A DNA stretch of 14,970 nt from Waddliaceae bacterium (GCA_040880105.1 JBBDJA010000026.1:1-14970), one strand, 5' to 3'. Numbered from the stretch's first letter, positions 1-9,225 are shown. The notes: generated by a model not told the origin, from the sequence alone. Program-made: numbers and translations.

Positions 1-63
1 ATTTTTCGAATTTTAGAAAAAATTCATGCAAAATTAAATTAACCTGAGTTATTCAAAGGGTCC
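1..63 (-). mobile_element. Partial copy (one arm, cut by the window edge) of a palindromic MITE-like repeat
   Basis: The reverse complement of 2-63 matches 14821-14882 at 58/62 positions, including 43 identical bp (2-44 vs 14840-14882). The element end reads GGACCCTTTGAATAACTC on the minus strand and is followed by TAAA on the plus strand. Confidence 0.8.
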
Positions 64-82
64 TAAAATTGAGGTCTAACTA

Positions 83-679
83 ATGAATCGCATTTCCTTA
101 AGCTTTTTTGCATTTGTATTACTTGGAATGTCGGGAATGGCTTTAGCAGAATTGAATCAGATCCCGGGATGTGAAAGAGAGAGATTGCTCTCTTATTTTC
201 CGGAGGACGTAGTGAAGGAGGTCTTGGATCAGCAAGGAATCCCTGAGGAAAAGTGGGACTCTATAGCAAGTGAACTTTCTGAAAAGGACGAGGAGATTGT
301 CAAAAGGGTAGAGGAAAAAGCTAGAAATACAGACTCAACTCCGCTCCGAGATCCACAACAACGAAGTGCAGCCGTCAAAATTTTCCGGCAAACGCTTTCA
401 GAAGTCTTTGATGAGGTCATGCATGAAAATGGAATCACAGATAGGCAGCAGATCCAGAGTATGTTAGATGAAATTCAACGGAAAAAAGCGGCTCGATTTA
501 TAGAGTGTATAAGAAAATATCATGAGACAGCTCCATCTATAGACTCTTTCAATGAAAATGTCGTTGATGATTCTTTGAATGAAGATGCTTTTGATGAGCC
601 TCTCAATGAAGATCCCGTTCATGAATCTTTGAATGAAGATACTTTTAATGAGTCTTTCAATGAAAAAGAAAATTTTTAA
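83..679 (+). CDS. Exported hypothetical protein (Sec signal peptide, helical acidic core, C-terminal 9-aa repeats)
   Basis: 198-aa ORF with GAGG at 71-74 before the ATG. N-terminus MNRISLSFFAFVLLGMSGMALA ends in an A-x-A cleavage site. No family recognised. Confidence 0.8.
   Translation: MNRISLSFFAFVLLGMSGMALAELNQIPGCERERLLSYFPEDVVKEVLDQQGIPEEKWDSIASELSEKDEEIVKRVEEKARNTDSTPLRDPQQRSAAVKIFRQTLSEVFDEVMHENGITDRQQIQSMLDEIQRKKAARFIECIRKYHETAPSIDSFNENVVDDSLNEDAFDEPLNEDPVHESLNEDTFNESFNEKENF
542..676 (+). repeat. 5 x 27-bp degenerate tandem repeat encoding (D/E)(S/P)(L/F)NE(D/N/K)xxx
   Basis: In-frame units start at 542, 569, 596, 623 and 650 and encode DSFNENVVD / DSLNEDAFD / EPLNEDPVH / ESLNEDTFN / ESFNEKENF. 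Confidence 0.9.
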
Positions 680-693
680 GTTATATTCCGGTA

Positions 694-1203
694 TCAGGAA
701 TAATCCTTTTCTCTTCGTTTTTCCAGAATAATCAAGGGCAAAACAAATACAATAAAGCTTAATCCTGCATCAAGTGCCGGAACAAGCAGTAGGTCTTCGA
801 ATATAAGTTCCTTAGTGAGAGGGGAGGGGAATTTTCTATGCAATAAGGTGACGCTCATTAAGCGGATGGCTGTTGCCAAAGATGAAAAAATAAAAGTCAT
901 GATTGACAAAGTTTCGATCCGATCTGAAAAAAAATATCTTCGTAATTTTCTTGTAATGAGAATCGTCAGACAAAACGCAATTGAAGTTATCCCAATCCAG
1001 CTGTCTTCTCCTTGAAGATCGATAAACATACCAGCAAAGGCAGAGGACCAAAGGGCAAACGGGAGCGGCTTTTGATAAATAACAAAGATCAGAAGGGGGA
1101 CAATAAACCAAAGATGAATTTTCAAGTGTGCAAATGAAAAGAGAAAAGTCATCAGGAGTACAAGCGCAAAGACGAGTCGCAAGCTTCTTTTTCTTATATC
1201 CAC
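694..1203 (-). CDS. mreD: MreD-like integral membrane protein (rod shape-determining protein MreD family)
   Basis: 169 aa with about 5 hydrophobic segments. FAGMFIDL...WIGITSIAF resembles the MreD G-L-x-x-D-L...G pattern. The GTG start directly abuts the stop of the upstream gene. Confidence 0.6.
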   Translation of the reverse strand: MDIRKRSLRLVFALVLLMTFLFSFAHLKIHLWFIVPLLIFVIYQKPLPFALWSSAFAGMFIDLQGEDSWIGITSIAFCLTILITRKLRRYFFSDRIETLSIMTFIFSSLATAIRLMSVTLLHRKFPSPLTKELIFEDLLLVPALDAGLSFIVFVLPLIILEKRREKDYS

Positions 1204-1881
1204 TTAATAGGCACCCTTAGAAAATAGAATGCAGGGGATTGTTTTGACGATTAGTTTGATATCAAGCCATAGCGTGCGAGTATCAATATACTTTTCATCG
1301 AGTTCTACGCGCGCCTTATAGGAGGTGTCGCTTCTTCCGGATACCTGCCAAAGTCCGGTGATACCCGGACGAACAGACAGTAATTTAGTCGCTACTGATC
1401 CATAAAAATTAATGAGTTCGTCATAAACAACAGGCCGTGGTCCCACAACACTTAAATCGCCTTTGATGGCATTAATAAATTGTGGAAGTTCATCTAGAGA
1501 TGTTTTTCTTAGTAGTCGTCCAAAGGGTGTGATTCGAGGATCATTTTTAATTTTTCGTGTCTCTGTCCACTCTTGTTTGACAGTCGGGTTGGAATTTAGG
1601 AGATCAGTCAGTCGCTTTTCACTATCGGAAAACATTGTGCGAAATTTCAAACAATGAAAGGATTTTCCGCCTCTTCCAATCCTTGTTTGAGAAAAGAGAA
1701 TAGGGCCTTTCGATGTCAGTTTGACAGTGAGTGCGATCGCAAGAAAAAGGGGAGATAGGAAAATTAAAACGGTTAAGCTGAAAACGATATCGAAAATGCG
1801 TTTCAGAGGGGAGTGGCAAATATAGAAGGCAAGTTCTCTTGCTGAGGGTGCGTGCCTTTGTTGATAAAAAGTACTGCTCAT
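1204..1881 (-). CDS. Bacterial sugar transferase / monotopic phosphoglycosyl transferase (WbaP/WcaJ C-terminal, PglC-like)
   Basis: Motifs KRIFD, KFRTM, DPRITPFG, LRKTSLDELPQ, GDLSVVGPRP, RPGITGLWQVSGRS and WLDIKLIVKT; single N-terminal hydrophobic helix. Confidence 0.95.
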   Translation of the reverse strand: MSSTFYQQRHAPSARELAFYICHSPLKRIFDIVFSLTVLIFLSPLFLAIALTVKLTSKGPILFSQTRIGRGGKSFHCLKFRTMFSDSEKRLTDLLNSNPTVKQEWTETRKIKNDPRITPFGRLLRKTSLDELPQFINAIKGDLSVVGPRPVVYDELINFYGSVATKLLSVRPGITGLWQVSGRSDTSYKARVELDEKYIDTRTLWLDIKLIVKTIPCILFSKGAY

Positions 1882-1888
1882 GTTTTAA

Positions 1889-1917
1889 AATCTACTCTCT
1901 TTTTGAGTATTTCGCAA
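1889..1917 (-). promoter_or_regulatory. Putative sigma70/sigma66-type promoter for the sugar transferase-mreD pair
   Basis: Minus strand TTGCGA (1917-1912), 17 nt, TAGATT (1894-1889); ends 7 nt before the ATG at 1881. Confidence 0.45.
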
Positions 1918-1925
1918 GGGGGGGG
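1918..1925. repeat. G8/C8 homopolymer tract
   Basis: Eight consecutive G in an AT-rich intergenic spacer, immediately upstream of the predicted -35 box. Confidence 0.85.
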
Positions 1926-1939
1926 CTTCCCAAGTCATA

Positions 1940-2818
1940 CTAAATTTTACGATCCACAAGAGAGGTGGCAATTGTATTTAGGCGCGATGTGTCTTGCGGA
2001 AGGCGATCAAGAGCGTCCATAGCATACGAGAGGTATTTTTGAGCTTCATCTTTTGCCTTTGTGACTCCCATTAAGGAGACATAGGTGGCTTTTCCATTGA
2101 TTTGATCGGAGCTTAGCCCTTCTTTCTTTTTAAAATGCGTCACATCGAGAACATCGTCAATGATTTGAAAGGCAAGACCGATATTCTCTCCGAAAGAGAT
2201 TAAAGCTTCCATTTCTTGATCTGAAGCATTTGCGCAGATCGCTCCCATTTGTATCGATGCAGTAATCAGTCGTCCGGTTTTACTTTTGTGAATGGACTCA
2301 AGATTTTCAAGTGTAGTCTCATGCGCACTTGCTTCAATGTCCATCACCTGTCCGCCTAGCATTCCTTCATCCCCAGCGCTTGTAGAGATGACTTCAATGA
2401 GTTGAACTTTTTCCCTATCGGAAAGAAAGGGCGCTTGAGTGAGAAGTTGAAAGGTCTTAGTTAAAAGTAAATCGCCGGCTAGTACAGCATGCGCTTCAGG
2501 AAAGACGCGGTGTAAAGTCGGTTTGCCTCGGCGGGTATCATCATTATCCATAGAGGGAAGGTCGTCATGAATCAAAGAGTAGGTGTGAATCAGCTCAAGG
2601 CAACAGGCAGGAGTGAGGGCCTTATTTTGATCACCACCAAGCACTTCGACCGTTGCAAGCGCAAGTACCGGTCTTAACCGTTTTCCACCTGAAAAGAGAG
2701 AGTAACGCCCCGCCATTAAAAGCGACTGATAGGGGACGTCCTGTTTAGGCAAAAGGTGATCGAGGTGAGCATCGATCCGCTTCCTTATTTCCGTAAGATA
2801 GAGGTTTAGATCACACAT
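1940..2818 (-). CDS. ispA: Farnesyl/geranylgeranyl diphosphate synthase (polyprenyl synthetase)
   Basis: Motifs [41 protein letters not shown] and KATY. Start moved from the ORF-track 2875 to ATG 2818, which overlaps the ugd stop (ATGTGTGA). Confidence 0.95.
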   Translation of the reverse strand: MCDLNLYLTEIRKRIDAHLDHLLPKQDVPYQSLLMAGRYSLFSGGKRLRPVLALATVEVLGGDQNKALTPACCLELIHTYSLIHDDLPSMDNDDTRRGKPTLHRVFPEAHAVLAGDLLLTKTFQLLTQAPFLSDREKVQLIEVISTSAGDEGMLGGQVMDIEASAHETTLENLESIHKSKTGRLITASIQMGAICANASDQEMEALISFGENIGLAFQIIDDVLDVTHFKKKEGLSSDQINGKATYVSLMGVTKAKDEAQKYLSYAMDALDRLPQDTSRLNTIATSLVDRKI

Positions 2819-4166
2819 GTTGTTTTTGCAAATCACCGTAAAGCGCAGGTACTCTTCCAATGGAAAAGTAGTCAAATCCGCGTTCTTTCATTTCTTTTGG
2901 TATGTACTGATTTCTTCCGTCGAAAAAGGCGCGCCCCTGCATTTTTGCAAGAAGTTTCTTAACGTCAAGAAAGCGAAACTGTTTCCACTCGGTCATAAGG
3001 CAGATGGCATCAGCTCCGGTTGCGGCATCTAACTCATCTGCACAGTAGCTTACTTGAGGGTGATCGGGAAAATGGGATTTTGCATTTTCTAACGCAATTG
3101 GATCGTAAAGACGGACATGAATCCCTTCCTCAAGCAGTTGACGGATCAAGATAAGCGCCGGCGCCTCGCGAATATCATCGGTATTGGGCTTAAAGGCGAC
3201 ACCTAAAATGGCAACCGTTTGACCGGAAATGCCACCTTTACTTTTAAAGTAGTTGAGAACTTTGTTTCCAATCAGATGTTTTTGATTCTCATTTACTTTG
3301 TAGATTGCATCGAGCAAAAGCGTCTCATCTTCTGTCTGACTGCAAAGAGCTCTTAAGTCTTTTGGGAGGCAGTGGCCACCAAATCCAGGTCCCGGATAGA
3401 GGTAACTGTAGCCGATTCGGCTGTCTGCTCCGATTCCTTTGCGGACAGAAGAGATGTCTGCTCCAACAGTTTCACAAATGGCTGCAACTTCATTCATAAA
3501 TGAAATACGCGCTGCAAGAGCCGCGTTAGCGGTGTACTTCGTCATCTCGGCAGAGAGGGTATCCATTAAAATTAGACGCTCTCGATTGATCATAAATGGG
3601 GAGTAGATCTCTTTCATCACAGCTGCTGCAGCATCGTTATCGATACCGATAACGACGCGGTCGGGCTTCATAAAATCAGCAATTGCGTCTCCTTCCTTCA
3701 AAAATTCAGGGTTTGCGATTACGTCGAAAGAGACTGTTTTTTTTCTTTTGTCTAGCTCTTCTTGGATTAGAGATGTGAGGAAGTGCGCTGTTCCGACAGG
3801 TACAGTGGATTTGGTGACGATCATCGTATGGTCTGTCATATGCTCTGCAATTTGCCTTGCGACACTGGACACATATGTCAGGTCAGCCTCGCCATTTTGG
3901 CTGATCGGGGTGTCGACACAGATAAAGCACACATTGGATTTACTTACATGTTGAGGATAGTCCGTTGTGAAATGCAAACGTTTTGCTTTAAAGTTTCTTA
4001 ACACCATTTCTTCAAGACCGGGCTCATAGATAGGGATTTTACCGTTTTTCAATCCGTCTATCTTCTTTTTGTCAATGTCTAAGCAGGTGACATTATGTCC
4101 CATCTCCGCAAAGCAAGTACCGGCGACCAGACCGACATAACCTACACCGATAACAAGTAGTTCCAT
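2811..4166 (-). CDS. ugd: UDP-glucose 6-dehydrogenase
   Basis: Rossmann motif [22 protein letters not shown], catalytic [21 protein letters not shown] and DGRN. RBS GAGGAG at 4177-4172. Confidence 0.97.
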   Translation of the reverse strand: MELLVIGVGYVGLVAGTCFAEMGHNVTCLDIDKKKIDGLKNGKIPIYEPGLEEMVLRNFKAKRLHFTTDYPQHVSKSNVCFICVDTPISQNGEADLTYVSSVARQIAEHMTDHTMIVTKSTVPVGTAHFLTSLIQEELDKRKKTVSFDVIANPEFLKEGDAIADFMKPDRVVIGIDNDAAAAVMKEIYSPFMINRERLILMDTLSAEMTKYTANAALAARISFMNEVAAICETVGADISSVRKGIGADSRIGYSYLYPGPGFGGHCLPKDLRALCSQTEDETLLLDAIYKVNENQKHLIGNKVLNYFKSKGGISGQTVAILGVAFKPNTDDIREAPALILIRQLLEEGIHVRLYDPIALENAKSHFPDHPQVSYCADELDAATGADAICLMTEWKQFRFLDVKKLLAKMQGRAFFDGRNQYIPKEMKERGFDYFSIGRVPALYGDLQKQHV

Positions 4167-4370
4167 TTGTGCTCCTCTATCTGAAAATTATTATTTTTCC
4201 GGCATGGCAGTTTGCTCTTATCATTCCCTCAAATATACTTGGAAAATTGCAGCATATTAAAATAGAGTAAAGGGGCTTTGCCATATCCATTTCATTTATT
4301 GGTATTTGAAAAATATACATATTATGCAAACAAGAGATTGTCTACAATCCATAGTTTTTAGTTTTTAAAG

Positions 4371-6566
4371 TTAAAAATCGAGAAGTGGACAACTGCAGGT
4401 CATGTCGCTTTCACACGGACGATCAAGTCCAATCGAGAAATAAAGCGCGAAACGGTCGTCATTTATATACTCTTTGCGGGATTTTGCTTTAGGCTCTGCC
4501 ATGCGGTGGCGATATGAAAGCGTCAGGTGCCACGTGGACTGCAATTTTGCATGAAGGTTGAGTTCGTATTCAACGTAGTTATTTTGATTTTCAGTTTCTC
4601 CCGGATAAGGTTTGTTGTTCGGGGGTAAGAGTGCCGGGTTGCGGTCCCATCCGATGCGGGTTCTGCCTTCAAAAGCCCACTCTTGATGAAAACGCCAGAA
4701 GAGGTGGGCAAGAAAAGTGTCTCGTCGATCCGACATATTGGAATTGCGAAGCTCTTGAATCGATCGGAAAGAGTCAATAATGAAATTTTTATGGTTAGCT
4801 TTTCTCCAATCAAAAGGACTGCGATGGCGCCATTCCATAGAAAATGCGATATCATTGCTCATCGTCCATTCAATTAGGGTGTTAAAGTGGTCGAGTTGGT
4901 TTGTATCAAAATCCCAAGCCGTTTGCAGTTGGTAGCGGACGCATCTTGAGGGCCATAAGGTTGCATCAAAATAGACCTTCGGTACGACTTTTGGAATCGT
5001 GTCGGTGTGGTAAAAGGCATTTGCATAGATATCGATTTCCAGCGGTCGATAGAGAAACCCTTCGTTGAGTCTGCAATATAAATTTTGACGCACCCCAAAA
5101 CGAAGCTGGTTCAGGTAATACCAGCCATCGGCAATATCAAAAACAAGAAAATCATTCGGGTTGGTCGAGGGCGTTGTGAAATACTGGTAGTGGGCATATG
5201 GAGTAATCACATGTTTACACTGGCCGTAGGTGCGGTTAAAGTCTGTTGTCACAAGATTCTCAAATAGACCCAGCACCGTCCAGCGCTCGTACCCTTGTTG
5301 ATTATTTCCATAAAAAATAGAAACAACCCCCGCTCCGGGGGTAAAATGAAAGGCGTTCCAATGAATGGGTCGATAGGAATAGGTGTTGCACTCTAGGCGC
5401 GGGGAGTGGTAATCGTTGCTAAAATTTTGATTGTTTGAATACTCGAAATCAAGAAACGAGGCGCTAGCGCTTGCTTCTGTAATAATGCCTGTATTGAAGA
5501 AAGTAAACGGGCGTACAGTGTAGTCAACTCGTGGAAGCTCTTGCTTAACAGTTTGGAAGTCATTAATGCGAACGTTTGTGTAAAAGTTTGTAATCCAGTT
5601 AGGACGCTGCCTTCTAATATGAAGTTCTGTTTTTTTTGCAGCTTCAAGTCTAAGTCCGCGATCCGCATAGTCAGTTGCCATATTCTCATCGCTAAGCCAG
5701 TCATAGGTAAAGAAAATCTTTGTGGAATCATCGAGGTATTGACGATAGTATCCTTGCAGTCGATATCTTGTGGTCGGATAAGGGTTTGCATCGGAGCGAT
5801 CATCGGCGATATATCCAAGGGAGTGAAAACAGATACCTTGTCCAGGAGAGCGATAGTACGTTTCAAATCCACCCCCGGGGCCGCGGTTGAACCGATAGTC
5901 AAAGGTAAGAAACGTCTGCCACCCTCTCCATGACCAAAGCTCATAGGTGAGCCCAAAAAGAGAGTCCTGAACCCCTCCGATCCGCAGCTTGTAGCGAAAG
6001 GGGAAGTCGGTGATGGTTTTTAAATCAAATTGAAATTGCGGGATCCAAAGGATAGGGATTTGATAAATATTTGCTTTTGCCCCTCTTCCCGTTAGGTAGC
6101 GCAGATCTTGAAGGTCCCCTTCGGCAATATGAATGCTCCATTCAGGAACAGGCGCTTGAGAGGTCGTTGCATAACCGTTGTAGAGGAGGAGAGCGCCACC
6201 TTGGCAGAAATGAATTCGCTCTCCGCCGATGATCCAAGGCTCGATTTCTGTACGTGCGAAAAAAATATCACCTTCTCTCTCACGGACATTATAGAATATT
6301 TCTTCTCCGAGAAAGGTGTAGCTATCATATTCGACCATGAGATTCCCACTTGCGATAATGATCTCTTTCTCATCTGTTTTGGTGTATGAAATTTTATCTG
6401 CCTGGATCCGTAAGCCGGCTCCTTCGATAACACCACCCCGTTCAGTTATTAGGGTGCCGTCACTATAGCTTGGTTCGAAAAGATCAACACATAGCGTTGC
6501 AGTGTCATTTGCCGATAGAGAGGCGAATAAGAGAAGAAAGGCCCATAATGCTCTAATCCTATTCAT
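4371..6566 (-). CDS. lptD: LPS-assembly outer-membrane beta-barrel LptD/OstA-like protein
   Basis: About 731 aa with a signal peptide, an N-terminal OstA-like segment (LRIQADKISY...ASGNLMVE), many aromatic-rich alternating beta strands (ELPRVDY, HVITPYAHYQY, NQLRFGVRQNLY) and a terminal Phe. ATG 6566 is preferred over GTG 6572. Confidence 0.8.
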   Translation of the reverse strand: MNRIRALWAFLLLFASLSANDTATLCVDLFEPSYSDGTLITERGGVIEGAGLRIQADKISYTKTDEKEIIIASGNLMVEYDSYTFLGEEIFYNVREREGDIFFARTEIEPWIIGGERIHFCQGGALLLYNGYATTSQAPVPEWSIHIAEGDLQDLRYLTGRGAKANIYQIPILWIPQFQFDLKTITDFPFRYKLRIGGVQDSLFGLTYELWSWRGWQTFLTFDYRFNRGPGGGFETYYRSPGQGICFHSLGYIADDRSDANPYPTTRYRLQGYYRQYLDDSTKIFFTYDWLSDENMATDYADRGLRLEAAKKTELHIRRQRPNWITNFYTNVRINDFQTVKQELPRVDYTVRPFTFFNTGIITEASASASFLDFEYSNNQNFSNDYHSPRLECNTYSYRPIHWNAFHFTPGAGVVSIFYGNNQQGYERWTVLGLFENLVTTDFNRTYGQCKHVITPYAHYQYFTTPSTNPNDFLVFDIADGWYYLNQLRFGVRQNLYCRLNEGFLYRPLEIDIYANAFYHTDTIPKVVPKVYFDATLWPSRCVRYQLQTAWDFDTNQLDHFNTLIEWTMSNDIAFSMEWRHRSPFDWRKANHKNFIIDSFRSIQELRNSNMSDRRDTFLAHLFWRFHQEWAFEGRTRIGWDRNPALLPPNNKPYPGETENQNNYVEYELNLHAKLQSTWHLTLSYRHRMAEPKAKSRKEYINDDRFALYFSIGLDRPCESDMTCSCPLLDF

Positions 6567-6605
6567 GCGCACATTCTGGTAAAAGATTGGTTACAGACAA
6601 AATCT

Positions 6606-8264
6606 TCATTGCGCCGCGCGAAGTAAAAGTCCCGCAAGAACAAAACGATTCAGCGGATTGCCGTTTCGTATAACTTCAATCAGTGTCTCAAGCGCGCATT
6701 CCTCCTGTTTTTGTAAAAACGCTTCCAATATCGCAACGTAGAGTTGAGATGCCTCTGTGAGGGAGATGGTGTCATCGCGGTCCATAGAACTCTGCTCATA
6801 TTGAGGAATTAAGGCCCTTAAATTCATTAAAGGGACTTGGCTCTCTTGCAAAACCCACTCCTTAAGAACCCCTTCATAGGAATTTTCAGTCTGTATGTTG
6901 TACAGCGCTAAAGTGCACCAATTGCGAACAAGAGGGTCACCGATTTTATGACGGTATTTATTCAAAAGCAAAATGGCATCATCTGTTTGTAAAGATGCAA
7001 GGAGTTTTGTGGTCTCCGGAAGCAGATCGCCTTGACCGCTGACTAAAATATTTTCAGCAATCGTCAAAAAGAGTGGTTCGGGAAAAAGAAATGAGAGGTG
7101 AAGAATCTCCTCCCTTAGTCTAAGTGAAATCTCTTTTGTTTTATCCGCATCTTCAGGATTTGTCACAACTGTTTTCCAGGCGTGCAGTGTGCCGGCTCCG
7201 CTGCGGATGGGACGTAGGCAGCGAAATTGCGAATCCATTTCCAAAAGGACATAGATATAGGGGGCGACTCTTTGGTCTTTTCTTTTTAGCAAGGAAAGCG
7301 CAGCGTTGATGCGGATCTGATGATCGGGATTTTCTGTGGTTAATTGCATCAGTGTCTCTTCAGATCCCGGAACGTCTCCGAGCGCCGAGATTGCAAAAAG
7401 ATCTCCCTTTCGAGCGGCTTGTATGATCGGATTTTTCGCATCATCATTACCTAACTTGTGGAGAGAAGTCAGCGCTGAAAGACGAACTTCAGGTTGAGCA
7501 GAGTGGCTTAAATGGCGTAGAGCGGGTATAGATTGCTCATCTTTCAATTCACCCAAAGCATATGCTAAGGCCTCTTGTAAAAACGGGCCGTGGTTATATG
7601 AAAGCTTTCTTAAATGCGGGAGTAAATCATCGTGTCCGTGTTTAGCGACTTGAATAATGGATTCCGCTCTTACCGTTTCTTGCGGATGCTGCAAAAGCTG
7701 ATGTAGGACCTTTTTTGATTTAGCATCTCCCATTAGCGCATACATTTGCGGCATTACAACGCATAGCTTTGGAGGAAGTTGGTGACGAAGTCCTTCGACA
7801 ACAGAGAATGCAAGTGGGGATTTTTTACGGCTTAAAATCAATGCCCCTTCTAGACGGACAAGCGGGTGGCATGTGCCGAGTCTCTTCTCAATCAATTGAT
7901 CTGTTTGCTTACAGTCTAAACGCACAATTTGGTGCAGTGCGACAAGTTGTAGAAGGGGGAGTTTACTTTGCAAGCCTTGCTCCAAAATGGGCAAAGTCCT
8001 TTCGTCCATAGAAAAGCCGGCCCCAATAAGTGTGAGGAGACGGACATATTCCTTTTGGTCTCTGGAAATTCCGTGATGAAAGAGCATCAGGGCCATTTCT
8101 TGTAAAAATTCCGAATCGTGGAAAAGTTGATCTTGGTTGATTGCAAGATATCCTTCCATCGCAAGATCCGGTTTCCCTTTTTGCATTTGATAGAGTGTTC
8201 GCGGGCGCATATCTATGTCGCCTAGAAGAATCAATGGAATAAGAAAAAAAGCTATTTTATACAT
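6606..8264 (-). CDS. HEAT/PBS-lyase repeat protein, probably exported
   Basis: Repeated HEAT-like units (LVRLEGALIL, VRAESIIQV, LQEALAYALGELKDEQSIPAL, EVRLSALTSLHKLG, IRINAALSLL) and a short hydrophobic N-terminus. Overlaps the maf stop by 13 bp. Confidence 0.85.
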   Translation of the reverse strand: MYKIAFFLIPLILLGDIDMRPRTLYQMQKGKPDLAMEGYLAINQDQLFHDSEFLQEMALMLFHHGISRDQKEYVRLLTLIGAGFSMDERTLPILEQGLQSKLPLLQLVALHQIVRLDCKQTDQLIEKRLGTCHPLVRLEGALILSRKKSPLAFSVVEGLRHQLPPKLCVVMPQMYALMGDAKSKKVLHQLLQHPQETVRAESIIQVAKHGHDDLLPHLRKLSYNHGPFLQEALAYALGELKDEQSIPALRHLSHSAQPEVRLSALTSLHKLGNDDAKNPIIQAARKGDLFAISALGDVPGSEETLMQLTTENPDHQIRINAALSLLKRKDQRVAPYIYVLLEMDSQFRCLRPIRSGAGTLHAWKTVVTNPEDADKTKEISLRLREEILHLSFLFPEPLFLTIAENILVSGQGDLLPETTKLLASLQTDDAILLLNKYRHKIGDPLVRNWCTLALYNIQTENSYEGVLKEWVLQESQVPLMNLRALIPQYEQSSMDRDDTISLTEASQLYVAILEAFLQKQEECALETLIEVIRNGNPLNRFVLAGLLLRAAQ

Positions 8265-8836
8265 TTTAAAAGATCAATATTTAACTCTTTAAGCAGACGT
8301 GAAAGGGCGTTGACCGGTAGACCCATAACATTATAATAGCAGCCCTCGATCTTCTGAACGATAACCCCGCCGCCTTGCTGGATTGCATAACCGCCGGCCT
8401 TGTCATGCCATTCAATCGCGTCTAAATACGACTGGATGCGATCGAGTTCCAAGGGATGGAAATAGACCTTGGTCTCTCCATGATCTGTCCAAATTTTTTC
8501 GCCCATCCTTAGAGAAAGTGCTGTGATGACGCGATGGTGCGTGCCTTGAAGTTCTTTGAGAAATTGGATGGCTTGAGGCAGATCAACGGGTTTTCCATAA
8601 ATTTTCCCATTTTTTTCAACGATAGTGTCCGCTGTTAAAATCGCAGTCTTTGCATCAGATTTGATGGCGTAGGCTTTTTCTTCCGCTAATTTTTTTGCAT
8701 AGATGACAGGATCGCCATTATAAGGAATAGATTCCTCGTCAAAATTTGAGTGTACTTGTGTGAATGGAATCGAAAAAAAATTCAGGATCTCAACACGTCT
8801 TGGAGACTGTGAGCCTAAAATTAATTTAAATGTCAT
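8252..8836 (-). CDS. maf: Maf family nucleoside triphosphate pyrophosphatase (YhdE-like)
   Basis: Motifs LILGSQSPRR, EKA, ADTIV, GKP, KAGGYAIQ and IEGCYYNVMGLP. RBS AAGGA upstream. Confidence 0.95.
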   Translation of the reverse strand: MTFKLILGSQSPRRVEILNFFSIPFTQVHSNFDEESIPYNGDPVIYAKKLAEEKAYAIKSDAKTAILTADTIVEKNGKIYGKPVDLPQAIQFLKELQGTHHRVITALSLRMGEKIWTDHGETKVYFHPLELDRIQSYLDAIEWHDKAGGYAIQQGGGVIVQKIEGCYYNVMGLPVNALSRLLKELNIDLLKCIK

Positions 8837-8848
8837 GATAAATCCTTT

Positions 8849-9127
8849 TTATCCAATAAAAACTTGTGAAAAGAGCGTTAAGGAAGGGAGATTGTGTTGA
8901 ATCCCATAATCACTTAATTTGCGTTTTACATCTTCTGCTGTCTCCTCAATCTCTTTAACGGAGACAATCGATGATTGAAGAAATGAGCCTACGTAGTCTT
9001 GACCGTCAAACCTCACTGTTTGCAAAGTCTCATGATTCAAAGAGTCATGCTTCCACTCTGGACTATGATTCAACCCTTTATTTAACTCGAAAGTCAGCTT
9101 GCAACCGACAAAAATTTTACACTTCAT
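8849..9127 (-). CDS. Small hypothetical protein (about 92 aa), first gene of the maf-HEAT-lptD run
   Basis: Co-directional with maf, 12 bp upstream. ATG 9127 (MKCKIFVG) is preferred to the longer ORF-track start. Confidence 0.7.
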   Translation of the reverse strand: MKCKIFVGCKLTFELNKGLNHSPEWKHDSLNHETLQTVRFDGQDYVGSFLQSSIVSVKEIEETAEDVKRKLSDYGIQHNLPSLTLFSQVFIG

Positions 9128-9196
9128 CTTTTCAACAAATCTTCTCTTTATAAATAGAAGGTAATTTATCACTATTTCAGGATTTTACGATACCTC

Positions 9197-9225
9197 TTGA
9201 TTAGATTTTCTTATTCGACTACCAT
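9197..9225 (+). promoter_or_regulatory. Putative sigma70/sigma66 promoter for bamD-lptE
   Basis: TTGATT (9197-9202), 17 nt, TACCAT (9220-9225) in the divergent intergenic region. Confidence 0.45.

Noticed and set aside
542..676. Possible CRISPR array
   Set aside because: Units are contiguous, degenerate and in frame, with no unique spacers and no cas genes; this is a coding repeat.
2819..2875. N-terminal extension of IspA from the ORF track
   Set aside because: It would overlap ugd by 65 bp; the ATG at 2818 gives a normal-length enzyme with a typical stop/start overlap.
4199..4285. Sigma54-like GGCA...TTGC strings upstream of ugd
   Set aside because: GG-to-GC spacing is not 10 nt in either candidate, and one is on the wrong strand.
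4336..4349. Short palindrome GATTG-TCTA-CAATC between lptD and ugd
   Set aside because: Only a 5-bp arm, a single occurrence, and no recognisable operator; expected by chance.
5393..5956. 187-aa alternative-frame ORF and other ORFs nested in lptD (4523-4855, 5541-5933, 6092-6436)
   Set aside because: Fully inside a long, well-supported CDS, with no RBS or recognisable motifs; treated as shadow ORFs.
8773..8780. A8/T8 runs inside CDSs (for example in maf and lptD) as phase-variation or frameshift sites
   Set aside because: Common in AT-rich DNA, and all reading frames are intact.
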